This document shows positions 10,729 through 20,177 of a DNA stretch of 64,000 nt, in pieces. Position 1 is the stretch's first letter. The number at the start of each line of letters is the position of its first letter. The position numbers and the translations under genes were made by a program. The stretch covers positions 6,533-70,532 of the forward strand of contig JBEKEV010000012.1 in the NCBI GenBank assembly GCA_050013655.1. Reading direction: 5' to 3'. The notes beneath the pieces were generated by a model. The model saw only the letters and a list, made by a program, of their open reading frames with translations, was not told where the DNA came from and searched no databases. Source of the stretch: Bacteroidota bacterium (GTDB lineage Bacteria > Bacteroidota > Ignavibacteria > UBA10030).

Positions 10729-11037
10729 TCAGAACAAGTTCAGATAATCTCGCACACCGTGAAGGATTCTATGGATATATATCTCTTGTTCTTCAAGAGT
10801 ATAGAAGATCAAGTAGTTTTGAACAACGAGGTAACGATAACCCAAACGCATCAACTCTTCTTCATTTGGGATTCTTCCAAGTTGTGAGTTTTTCGAAAGA
10901 AGAATGAGGTTCTTTTCTATCTTTGCTGCAAGCGCGTCAGCTGCCGATGGCTTATCTGCAGCAATGTAATTGACAATCTCAAAAAGATCATCCTCGGCAG
11001 CTCGCAAAAGCCGAATCGTGTACTCAGGCCGCTTCAC
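10729..11037 (-). CDS. type II toxin, RelE/ParE family
   Basis: 102 aa; AEDDLFEIVNYIA...GYRYLVVQNYLIFY...IHRILHG pattern; overlaps the upstream antitoxin gene. Confidence 0.9.
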   Translation of the reverse strand: MKRPEYTIRLLRAAEDDLFEIVNYIAADKPSAADALAAKIEKNLILLSKNSQLGRIPNEEELMRLGYRYLVVQNYLIFYTLEEQEIYIHRILHGVRDYLNLF

Positions 11038-11296
11038 GTATGCGCTTTCGAAGTTCTTTCATTACTTGCGATAGAGTTCGTCCTTTACCACCGCTTGCTT
11101 TCTGAGCTTGTGCAACAGCAAGCTTACTGAAGAGATCAAGTTTCAATTGGAGTTTACTATATTGAGCTATTGACATGACGACCATATCCCCCTCACCATT
11201 CTTTGTGATGAAAATTGGCTCATTCGATTGGTGAGCAAGATCCGAGATTTCATTGGCTTTGTTCCTCAGATCTGAAATTGCTTTGATGATTGGCAT
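11024..11296 (-). CDS. type II antitoxin, Phd/YefM family
   Basis: MPIIKAISDLRN...EPIFITKNGEGDMVVMS is a Phd N-terminal signature. Confidence 0.92.
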   Translation of the reverse strand: MPIIKAISDLRNKANEISDLAHQSNEPIFITKNGEGDMVVMSIAQYSKLQLKLDLFSKLAVAQAQKASGGKGRTLSQVMKELRKRIREAA

Positions 11297-11313
11297 TGTT
11301 TTCTCCGATTATG

Positions 11314-11332
11314 TTATATCAATATTATATCA
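11314..11332 (-). promoter_or_regulatory. toxin-antitoxin operon promoter/operator
   Basis: Extended -10 TGaTATAAT on the minus strand, overlapping two TTATATCA direct repeats at 11314-11321 and 11325-11332 (11-bp period), as expected for an autoregulatory operator. Confidence 0.55.
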
Positions 11333-11393
11333 TTAATATGAGAATAGCAAATCACAGCTCTTATCAGAGTTCTATTATCTTTCTTCTCTTGAG

Positions 11394-11512
11394 CTATAAA
11401 TATTTCGTCCCTGCATAAATCAATTTCAAAAAATTATTTCAATAGCTCTGGTAGGGGCGTGATCCTCACACATAACCAAAGATCAAGAGAGAAGTCCCAG
11501 AAGGGCGAAATA
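11394..11512. repeat. degenerate REP-like elements (TATTTCGyCCCT.. / ..AGGGCGAAATA family)
   Basis: ctataaatatttcgtccctgc (11394-11414), agctctggtaggggcg and gtcccagaagggcgaaata (11494-11512); the same core recurs at 21921-21991. Confidence 0.5.
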
Positions 11513-11515
11513 ATA

Positions 11516-12607
11516 TTAATGTTTCATCAATATATCCAAAATTCTCTCAGATGCGTGACCGTCACCATATGGATTTTGATGGATATCATATTTAATCTTT
11601 CCTTCGATGGTGCGCTGGACTGATGTACATATTTTTTCGACGTTCGTCCCGACCAACTCCGACATACCAAGATTCACACTTTCCATCCGTTCCGTCACTT
11701 CGCGTAAAACAATACAGTGTTTTCCAAACGAAGGAGCTTCCTCCTGAATACCTCCCGAATCAGAAAGTGCAAACTCGCAGTGCTTCATAAGCGTGAGGAT
11801 TTCCAGATATGGAATGGGCGGGATCAACTTGACATTGCCGATATTTCCCAGAAATGCATGCACCGGACCTTTCACATGAGGATTCAGATGCACAGGATAT
11901 ACAAATTGATACTGAGGATACCGCAAAGCACATTCCCGGATTGCCGTACAGATATTTTTAAATCCCCCGCCAAAGCTTTCACGTCGATGGGCTGTGATAA
12001 GGACAAAGGGCTTTCGTACATCCAGTGCAATGAGTTCAAGTTTATCAAGATTATGTTTTTCCTGAATCAATCGCAGTGAATCCACAACGGTATTACCGGT
12101 CACAAAAAGCGTTTCCTTTGGCGTTCCCTCACGCAGCAAATTATCCTGCGCCATTGTGGTCGGACAGAAATTATATTTCGAAACTATACTAATAAGCCGG
12201 CGATTGCACTCTTCCGGATACGGAGCATCCATATTGAAAGTGCGCAATCCAGCTTCGATGTGAGCAACCGGTACTTTCATATTAAACGCGCATAATGCTG
12301 TCATCGCTGCCGTGGTGGTATCACCCTGCACCATCACAACATCCGGCTTTGCCTGCTCGATGACAGGTGGTAATTTTCCAAAAACCGATTCGGAGATCAT
12401 GTTCAGTGTTTGATTCGGACGCATGATTTGAAGATCATTATCGGGTTTTACATCAAAGATCGAAAGCGCCTCCAGCGCCATCGTTTTATGCTGGCCTGTA
12501 AGGCAATAGATGACCTTTGCATCATTTCGCTTGCGCGCTTCGATTACGACAGGAACAGTTTTAATAATCTCCGGGCGTGTACCGGCAATAATAAGGATGG
12601 TTTTCAA
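11516..12607 (-). CDS. wecB: UDP-N-acetylglucosamine 2-epimerase (non-hydrolysing)
   Basis: GTRPEIIK, TGQH, VQGDTTT, HIEAGLRT, PYPEE and DSGGIQEEAPS motifs. Confidence 0.96.
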   Translation of the reverse strand: MKTILIIAGTRPEIIKTVPVVIEARKRNDAKVIYCLTGQHKTMALEALSIFDVKPDNDLQIMRPNQTLNMISESVFGKLPPVIEQAKPDVVMVQGDTTTAAMTALCAFNMKVPVAHIEAGLRTFNMDAPYPEECNRRLISIVSKYNFCPTTMAQDNLLREGTPKETLFVTGNTVVDSLRLIQEKHNLDKLELIALDVRKPFVLITAHRRESFGGGFKNICTAIRECALRYPQYQFVYPVHLNPHVKGPVHAFLGNIGNVKLIPPIPYLEILTLMKHCEFALSDSGGIQEEAPSFGKHCIVLREVTERMESVNLGMSELVGTNVEKICTSVQRTIEGKIKYDIHQNPYGDGHASERILDILMKH

Positions 12608-12739
12608 CGAGGCTTTTTCCCATTTTCAAAGAATGCATTGAGGGTTTTCAAGTTTTTTTTACTGATTCACACTTTTCATCTTAAGTAAGAAAGTAGTCAA
12701 TTCTTTCAAGTAATTCACCTATATATAGAGAAGGGATTA

Positions 12740-13546
12740 TTAATAACTAATTTTGCCTTTATACTTCCAAAAAAAATATAAAACAGCCTTAAAATGCAGT
12801 AAAGTCAATTTTGTAAAAAATTTCTTTTTAGTTATTCTTTGTTCGTAGTGTATAATGCTTGTAAAGGGATAATAATACACTCGCCATCCATTCTTATACA
12901 TTCGTAGGCAATAATCGATATCTTCCGGTCCATAAAATATTTTTTCATCGAGGAAGCCTATTTTCTCCATGGCTTCCCGCCTTATACACTGACATGCTCC
13001 AATAACATAATCGACTTGCCGAATATCCAACCTGTCCCATTCGGCCATTTCATGCCAACGTAATATTTTACTATTACGTGCAATTGAAAGAAATTCAAAC
13101 CTTCTTAAAATAAATGCTAATACATTAGGGAAACGCCGACCACTTGGCTGCACTCTTCCATCTGGAAAGATTAACTTCGCACCACATAGACCTGCATCCG
13201 GGGTTTTATCCATAAACTCTACAAGCTTCAATAGAGAATTGTCGATAAACAGCATATCAGCATCGAGGGTAACGATATATTTTCCTTTCGCAATTCTAAA
13301 AGCCTGATTTCGTGCTGGCGCTACACCTCTATTCTCAGAATTTTTTATTAGTACAGCACCTTGATATTCCTTCTCGATCAATTCACTCGTGCCATCTTGA
13401 GAATTATTATCGACTATAATAAGCTCTTTTGATATTCCATTCGTGTGCAGCATAATAGATTTAAGCATTTCACTTAACATCGATTTCATTCGCCAAGATA
13501 TTATTACAATACTAATGTCGTAGCAATTATTTTCTATTCGTTCCAC
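12740..13546 (-). CDS. GT2 glycosyltransferase
   Basis: IVDNNSQDGT, LDAD and FYGPEDIDYC motifs. Confidence 0.92.
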   Translation of the reverse strand: MERIENNCYDISIVIISWRMKSMLSEMLKSIMLHTNGISKELIIVDNNSQDGTSELIEKEYQGAVLIKNSENRGVAPARNQAFRIAKGKYIVTLDADMLFIDNSLLKLVEFMDKTPDAGLCGAKLIFPDGRVQPSGRRFPNVLAFILRRFEFLSIARNSKILRWHEMAEWDRLDIRQVDYVIGACQCIRREAMEKIGFLDEKIFYGPEDIDYCLRMYKNGWRVYYYPFTSIIHYEQRITKKKFFTKLTLLHFKAVLYFFWKYKGKISY

Positions 13547-13547
13547 G

Positions 13548-14708
13548 CTATCCTTCTAATTCATTTAATGAATTAAAAACGTCTAGTATTCCACTGACAT
13601 ATCTTTCGACTGTATATTTTTTAGATCGCGCTATGCCTTGAACACGCATTCTTGCATAAAGTTCTTTGTCTGCAATTAATCTCAAGATGTCATCAGCCAT
13701 CGACTTATAATCGTGGGGATCGTGCAGTATCCCTCCATCGCCAACGATTTCTCTAAGAGATGTATTATTCGATGTTATCACTGGAAGTCCACATTGCATT
13801 GCTTCTAAGGGAGGGTAGCCGAAACCTTCATATAATGAAGGAAAAAGAAAAACATTGGAAATATTATACAACTTTTTAAGCATGAGGTCATCAATGTTTG
13901 AATGAAGGAAGACATTCTTCCGTTTCTGTATAGCAGACAAAATTCTATTGCTTCCATGCCCCAATTTCCCCACCAGTAAAAAGTCAACGTCTTTATTTCT
14001 TTCATATATTTCATCAGCAACTTTGAGTATACCTAAGATATTCTTACGATTTTCGATCACTCCAACATAGAGAACAACAAACGGTGAAAGATGTAAGGAT
14101 GATTTAATTTTATTTTTTTCCTCTTCAATAAGTCCAAGAGGTTTAAATTCAGTATTTGCAGACGGATAAACGACTTTAACTTTATCAGTATTAAGATTAT
14201 AATGCTTTATAATATCATTTTTGGAATATTCCGATATTGTGATAATTACATCGCTAATTTTTATTGAAAAATGAGAAAGAAATTGGAGATATGTTCTATA
14301 AATAAACGGCAAATATTTTCTATCCTTTTTGTAAATAACATCATTAACAACAGATATATACTTACACCCTTTTATTTTAATTAATGGAACTATTTGATTT
14401 ATTGATAACAAAATGTCAATGTTATATTTTTTTAAGTAAAGAGGTAAAACAAAAATACTCCATATTGGAGAAAATATTTTTTGTGGCAATAAACACCGAA
14501 CTGTAGTAACATTCGTGTAAAACTTACAATCATGAGGTATAGATCCATAAGAAAAAAGAAAGTACTTATTGCCGCTATCATACTTTGGTATCTCATCGAG
14601 CATAATCATCAAAGATCGGCCAATTCCAGTAATTCGTCTTTCTAGAAGCCGAGCATCTATACCTATGTTCATAATTTTCTTCATTACTTCATACGTATTC
14701 TCAATCAA
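13548..14708 (-). CDS. GT4 (GT-B) glycosyltransferase
   Basis: IGIDARLL, RKNI and FPSLYEGFGYPPLEAM (EX7E) motifs. Confidence 0.93.
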   Translation of the reverse strand: MIENTYEVMKKIMNIGIDARLLERRITGIGRSLMIMLDEIPKYDSGNKYFLFSYGSIPHDCKFYTNVTTVRCLLPQKIFSPIWSIFVLPLYLKKYNIDILLSINQIVPLIKIKGCKYISVVNDVIYKKDRKYLPFIYRTYLQFLSHFSIKISDVIITISEYSKNDIIKHYNLNTDKVKVVYPSANTEFKPLGLIEEEKNKIKSSLHLSPFVVLYVGVIENRKNILGILKVADEIYERNKDVDFLLVGKLGHGSNRILSAIQKRKNVFLHSNIDDLMLKKLYNISNVFLFPSLYEGFGYPPLEAMQCGLPVITSNNTSLREIVGDGGILHDPHDYKSMADDILRLIADKELYARMRVQGIARSKKYTVERYVSGILDVFNSLNELEG

Positions 14709-14797
14709 CCACTATCTTAAATCATTGTAATATATTTCATAATATAATACTGTGCTATTATTTGTTACTAATATATTTTTATAAAATATATTAGTGG

Positions 14798-15763
14798 TTA
14801 ATCAATTTTATTTATCATTCTATTCACTAATAAATAGACAAACGCTTTAAGCTTCTGTTTTGATTTTACCTTATTCAATGGAAATATCAACAACCAAATA
14901 CCCATTTGAGTAAATAATTGTATGTACAACATCAATCTCATTATAGCTTTATGTAAAAATAAATAATGTTTCGATATGAAAATATATTTGCTTGAGTAGG
15001 TTCTAATCGTATACAAATAATAATCTCTTTTACCAGAAACACTGCCTACATGATGAATAGCTAAAGAGGGAACGTACGCTATTCGAAGTCCTCGGTTAGA
15101 AACTCGTTTGCATAAATCAACTTCTTCAAAAAACATGAAGTAATCCTTATCAAAGCCATCAATGATTCTGAACAATTCAGACGTGATAAATATACAGGCT
15201 CCCAAAATCCAATGAACCGACAAATATTCTTTTTTTCTGAATTTTGTGTATAGAAAAATGAGAAATCCTTCAAAAAAAACTCCTATACCAAATAATCCCG
15301 CTATTTCAAAAATAATATTTGGGGAAAAACCGGCTGAATAGTCAAAGAATGGTGATCGAACCTGCTGTTGGGGGCCACTGACACCAATAGACACATCCCT
15401 TTCGAGCAACTCAATCATTCTAGTGAAAATATTTTCTCTGATTATTGTATCAGGGTTTAAAAAACAAATATATCTCCCCTTGGCTTTCGTGAAACCATAG
15501 TTGCATCCCTTTCCAAACCCTAGATTATTATCCAAGTAGTAAAAATGAATGTTCTCTTGTTGGTTTTTATTTTCTACTTGTTTCAGATCTTTGTTTGGAG
15601 AATTATTATCAACAATAATTATTTCGTAGGATAAAGTGTCGGTCGATTTTATGACCTGCAGCAAGCTATGAAGGCAATTTTCAATTTCTCTCGCTAACTC
15701 ATAATTAATAATTACGATAGAAACATCAATCATTTTTTGATTCACTGGATTTTCGGCATACAT
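14798..15763 (-). CDS. GT2 glycosyltransferase (rhamnosyltransferase-like)
   Basis: IVDNNS, NLGFGKGCN, FLNPD and FMFFEEVDLC motifs. Confidence 0.9.
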   Translation of the reverse strand: MYAENPVNQKMIDVSIVIINYELAREIENCLHSLLQVIKSTDTLSYEIIIVDNNSPNKDLKQVENKNQQENIHFYYLDNNLGFGKGCNYGFTKAKGRYICFLNPDTIIRENIFTRMIELLERDVSIGVSGPQQQVRSPFFDYSAGFSPNIIFEIAGLFGIGVFFEGFLIFLYTKFRKKEYLSVHWILGACIFITSELFRIIDGFDKDYFMFFEEVDLCKRVSNRGLRIAYVPSLAIHHVGSVSGKRDYYLYTIRTYSSKYIFISKHYLFLHKAIMRLMLYIQLFTQMGIWLLIFPLNKVKSKQKLKAFVYLLVNRMINKID

Positions 15764-15796
15764 ATTGTACGACTCGTACTAGTTACTGTTTTTATG

Positions 15797-17311
15797 CTAT
15801 CTGTTAAATTTCTTCAACTTGGAAATGATAAAATCCCTTTCTACTTTTAGCAAAAGAGAATGCCATGAAATTAATAAAAAGACACTTAGTACGACTATTG
15901 ATAGGAGTAACTTATAATAAGTATTCCCGCCTATAACAAATATTACAGATGAGAAAAGAATTAAAAGAATTATCAATATATGAATCGGTTTAACTTTGAT
16001 AGTTATTTTATTAGAATTTAATTTATGTGCGAAAAACCATAATATTACTGAATCAACCGCTGTTCGAATTCCCCATGCACATGCTGCCCCATTTATTCCT
16101 CCCTCTTTAACGCTGAACCACATGAGGAGAAAATAGAAAGGCAGCTCAATGAGCTGTACTTTGGCAGTAACATCTGCTCTCCCTATCCCATCGAGGAAAG
16201 CATATGGTATATATCCAATACTATTGAAAAGTACGCCTACCGCGAGGATTTGTAAGATCACATAACTGTGCTCAGCAAACTGTTTTCCAATCCAAAGCGT
16301 CATTCCTTCTTGTGCAAACACAACAATGAAGAATACAATTGGAAAAAGAATAAGAAATATGTACTTGGTTGCTCGTATTATCAATTTATTTGTGTACTCA
16401 GGGTCTCGCATATGCGTAGCTGAAATGGCTGGAAACAAAACTCCTGCAAATGCACCTGGTATTATCAATAATTTCGATGTTATCTCATAAGGAGTAACAT
16501 AATATGCTATAGCACCGGCTGATATCACGGTGCCAATCATAAATCTATCAAGATATAAATTAAGGGGTACTACAATGCTCGAGATGCTCATCCAACTACT
16601 GAGCCTTAAAATTGGCTTAATAAGCGTTCGTTTAAAAATTCTTGTTGACTTCAGCGCAGGATTAATCTTAAAACTTTGATATAAATATAATATCCACACA
16701 ATAATTCTAAAAATCACTAATGACGAAATAATCCAAACTAAATTCTTTGTGAGAAATAGGCAAAATAATGGCACAATAAAAGAGGAAATACCAAGTAAAA
16801 CTCTAATGATGTTAATAACACCAAATTCTTGATAAGCTTCTAAAATACCTCGAATACTAGCAGATGTTGCAACAACTGGAATTGAAAATACAATAATATA
16901 AAACGACTGAAGGGTCTCTAATTTTAAATTATTTGATACTTTAAAAATATCATAAACGAAAAAAGGGATAAAGAAAAACAAAGCAGCGGCGACACATAAA
17001 CTTACAAATAATATTAGAAAAAAAGCTGTCCAGAAAAGTGGTGGGATATGTTCGCTTTCGCTTGAACCAATTTTTCCAGCAATGAGCTTTGTAACAGACC
17101 TTCCTATACCCAAATCAAACAGGCTAAAATAACCAACAACAACCCATGCAATACTCAGAATACCAAAGCGTTCGTTGCCTAATCCATGTATTAAGTAAGG
17201 TAGTACAAGCACAGCAACAATCAATGGTATTCCAAAGCCTATAAGATTATAAATGCTATTTTTAGCTAATGATGTACCTTTGAATTTATTGTGAATAACC
17301 TTTTCTTCCAC
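15797..17311 (-). CDS. wzx: Wzx flippase
   Basis: Polytopic membrane protein with FDLGIGR, YLDRFMIG and AYYVTPYE motifs, inside a glycan cluster. Confidence 0.88.
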   Translation of the reverse strand: MEEKVIHNKFKGTSLAKNSIYNLIGFGIPLIVAVLVLPYLIHGLGNERFGILSIAWVVVGYFSLFDLGIGRSVTKLIAGKIGSSESEHIPPLFWTAFFLILFVSLCVAAALFFFIPFFVYDIFKVSNNLKLETLQSFYIIVFSIPVVATSASIRGILEAYQEFGVINIIRVLLGISSFIVPLFCLFLTKNLVWIISSLVIFRIIVWILYLYQSFKINPALKSTRIFKRTLIKPILRLSSWMSISSIVVPLNLYLDRFMIGTVISAGAIAYYVTPYEITSKLLIIPGAFAGVLFPAISATHMRDPEYTNKLIIRATKYIFLILFPIVFFIVVFAQEGMTLWIGKQFAEHSYVILQILAVGVLFNSIGYIPYAFLDGIGRADVTAKVQLIELPFYFLLMWFSVKEGGINGAACAWGIRTAVDSVILWFFAHKLNSNKITIKVKPIHILIILLILFSSVIFVIGGNTYYKLLLSIVVLSVFLLISWHSLLLKVERDFIISKLKKFNR

Positions 17312-17321
17312 AAGTTTTCGA

Positions 17322-18635
17322 TTACAATTGGGGCTTCGTACGAGTAGCCATTTTTTCTAAAATAGGCAAATACGCGATAATCAATATTTGACTAAAAAAC
17401 CATTGGTTAAGCCTAGTGACAATTACTAAAAAAGAGAACCCAACAACTAAATAAAGATAAACAAGTACAGTCAATATTATTAAGCTGTTTTTCTCGTAAA
17501 AAATAAACCATAGGAACGTAATTATCAGACCAAGTAAATAGGGAACTAAAAAAACTCCTACCACTCCATAGTCAGCATGCAATTCACGTAAATAGGTGCC
17601 CGTATTGGTCCACATAGGGATATGGTACCCCTTCTGGAAAAAAGGAGGTTCCTCTGCTACCTTTAACTTCGATAGGAATTCATACACAATTCTAAATGAA
17701 TTTTCTCCAAATTTTGCATCTTCTTTTTCAAGTTCAAGATATTTACTGAATACACCTACGTCACTGCTTAAATATAGATACACAGTTGGAGTAAGTATCA
17801 TGCTTCCTTGGAGATCTTTTAGAACCTTGCTTGTCCCTGGGATATTTTCCTTAGCCCCTTTCGCAACCCTTACAAACGACGATGAGATAATAATGAATAC
17901 TATGAAAAGTGCACCAGCAGCAAAAGCGTTTGTCTTTAAAAATTTAAACCGTTGTAGAGAATCGTGCTTGAGGAGATTCCTCATAAGAAAAAATGTAAAA
18001 AAGAATTCCATCGTTGACAACAACATCTCTCCACGGCCAAAATATGTTAACTCCTTAAGAACAACACAAATCAAAGGAAAAAATGATAAAAAAGAAAACT
18101 TCCCTTTATACGCTGTATATATTGCAGCGAGAAAAACTCCCACATAAATAAATGAAGGTAAAAAGGGAATAAATTCTTTTATTTCGCCCCTCACATTGAG
18201 GTGATATATGAGAGCGGCATTGAGGAAAACAGCAGGAATACTTCCAAACATCTTGATTAATACATACCATCGCTGAATTGCAACGAATAATCCGATAAAA
18301 CTAAAAAATATCGCTGAATACTTTAAGACTTTCCCCTTATCGGCAAAAATTGGCAGAGAGACTGTTGTTTGGCGCGGAGAATATGTCTCTCCCCGTAATG
18401 ATCTCGCACTGATAACCGTTAAAATCCCAAAAATAAAAGACACCGAAGAGCCAACAATAAAAAACCAGGCCAAAATAATTAGATCCGGATAAGGAAGCAA
18501 TTTTAATTCATAAAAAAATGTTAGCATCCCCATAGACAACGAATACGCTGTGAGATGATTAAACCAGCATCCAAAGAATTTCTTGCCTCCCACTATTCCG
18601 AAAAATATAATGATGCCAACAAATAACAAGCTCAT
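17322..18635 (-). CDS. wzy: Wzy O-antigen/oligosaccharide repeat-unit polymerase
   Basis: About 10-11 TMs with a large loop ending TNTGTYLRELHADYG; located between wzz and wzx. Confidence 0.75.
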   Translation of the reverse strand: MSLLFVGIIIFFGIVGGKKFFGCWFNHLTAYSLSMGMLTFFYELKLLPYPDLIILAWFFIVGSSVSFIFGILTVISARSLRGETYSPRQTTVSLPIFADKGKVLKYSAIFFSFIGLFVAIQRWYVLIKMFGSIPAVFLNAALIYHLNVRGEIKEFIPFLPSFIYVGVFLAAIYTAYKGKFSFLSFFPLICVVLKELTYFGRGEMLLSTMEFFFTFFLMRNLLKHDSLQRFKFLKTNAFAAGALFIVFIIISSSFVRVAKGAKENIPGTSKVLKDLQGSMILTPTVYLYLSSDVGVFSKYLELEKEDAKFGENSFRIVYEFLSKLKVAEEPPFFQKGYHIPMWTNTGTYLRELHADYGVVGVFLVPYLLGLIITFLWFIFYEKNSLIILTVLVYLYLVVGFSFLVIVTRLNQWFFSQILIIAYLPILEKMATRTKPQL

Positions 18636-18641
18636 AAGGCA

Positions 18642-19865
18642 CTAATTCCTTAATTTATATAATTTCTTAATAGACCGAACAAAGAGCGCAAATCGTTCTT
18701 GTAAAGGGTTGTCAAATTTTTCTCTTCGCACAGCCTTTTCACTTATAAATACAAATGGTATTAAGCTAAAAAGAGCGAGAAAGAAGAAGCCAATAATTAT
18801 TACCGCCCGCTTTGGGCTGTATTTCAGTTGAGGTGGAACTGCCTTATCGATCACCATGACCGCTGGGATACTTTTCTGTTCCTCTACTTTCGCTTGTTCA
18901 TACATTGGCAGAACAATTTCTAAGATGGATTGCTGAATTTGAACTTCTCGGTAGGTTCTTAAATACTGAATAGCTATATCAGGCAATTGCTTGAATGCGA
19001 AGAAAACATTTGATGTGAGTCCTAAATCTGATGAGTTCTTAAGTTCTTGTACTTTCTTTTTTAATAAAGTAACTTCTGTAGCTACACCTTTATATTGGGG
19101 AGAATTATCGCCATACTGTCCTTTCAATAAGTATGCTTCTAATTCTTTTTTGGTTAACATTCCTTCAATTTCTGCTGCCGCTTTTACAGCAACTTCTAAT
19201 TGCTCAGGAACAGCAACAATTCCATATTTTTTCTGGAATCTATAAAGTCCCTCTTCGGCAATTTTCAAGTCTTCTATATTTTTTAGGTATCTCTTTTCTA
19301 AAAAAATCCTATTATTCTTTGCACGCTCTGAATTGTAAATAATATTCAAACTATCGGCAATGTGAATGAAATAATTCGCTATATCTGCCGCAACTTTTGG
19401 ATCTTCATTTATAACACTAACTTCTATCATCCCATATTCATTGGGAGTCGTTGAAAAATCAGCTTTTAATGCTTTTAATGCTTTATCAACGTTTCCATCA
19501 TTAATATTGTAATACTTCATCAGATCAAATTCGTCGATAACCCTTGTAAGCGCTGTTCTGCTATTCATTATCCCCAACATAACATCTTCGGAGGTATTAC
19601 TTGACACACCGAACATTTTTGAGCCCAGCGCTGCAATAGATGATTTACCACCAAGAAGACTTGTCAGCCCTCCAAGACCCGATTGCTCTTCAGGCGGAAT
19701 CATAATTGTTGTCGTTGCTTTATATTCTTTTATAATAAGGAAAGCTATGGCAGTGCTAATCGCAACCACAATAAGTAAATTAAGAATTAAAAAATTCTTC
19801 CATTTTATTAGAATGTAGAGATAGTCAGTCATGGTGAAATTCTGCTGTTGAATTTTTTCATTCAT
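18642..19865 (-). CDS. Wzz-like chain-length determinant (polysaccharide co-polymerase)
   Basis: Two terminal TMs, a coiled-coil periplasmic region, and Pro-rich VIDKAVPPQLKYSPKR before TM2; no kinase domain. Confidence 0.85.
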   Translation of the reverse strand: MNEKIQQQNFTMTDYLYILIKWKNFLILNLLIVVAISTAIAFLIIKEYKATTTIMIPPEEQSGLGGLTSLLGGKSSIAALGSKMFGVSSNTSEDVMLGIMNSRTALTRVIDEFDLMKYYNINDGNVDKALKALKADFSTTPNEYGMIEVSVINEDPKVAADIANYFIHIADSLNIIYNSERAKNNRIFLEKRYLKNIEDLKIAEEGLYRFQKKYGIVAVPEQLEVAVKAAAEIEGMLTKKELEAYLLKGQYGDNSPQYKGVATEVTLLKKKVQELKNSSDLGLTSNVFFAFKQLPDIAIQYLRTYREVQIQQSILEIVLPMYEQAKVEEQKSIPAVMVIDKAVPPQLKYSPKRAVIIIGFFFLALFSLIPFVFISEKAVRREKFDNPLQERFALFVRSIKKLYKLRN

Positions 19866-20177
19866 GTCTTTTCCTTGCTCTTTGATTATTTACGTAACTG
19901 AATCACTATTAACACAGTGGTAGCAATTCACGTTTCCACGCTTTCAATAATGTCTATTGCCCGGAGATAGTAATCGAAATCACTCTTTCTTTTCTCCCAA
20001 TACATTCCAAACCACTTTTTTTATTCTTTCACAATACATTATATCAAGTTATATTCTTTACAATCTGCACCATGAACTCCTGAATGTTTGCTGGGCACAT
20101 GTCGAATATACCCATGGAATTATGTACAATTCGATAAACGTCGTTTCTATTTGATATATACTAAGTGTAGAGGAAAA

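Noticed and set aside
19866-20177. Small ORFs or a gene relic between the wza-like and wzz genes
   Set aside because: No recognisable coding or RNA motif; it appears to be just the compositional boundary of the cassette.
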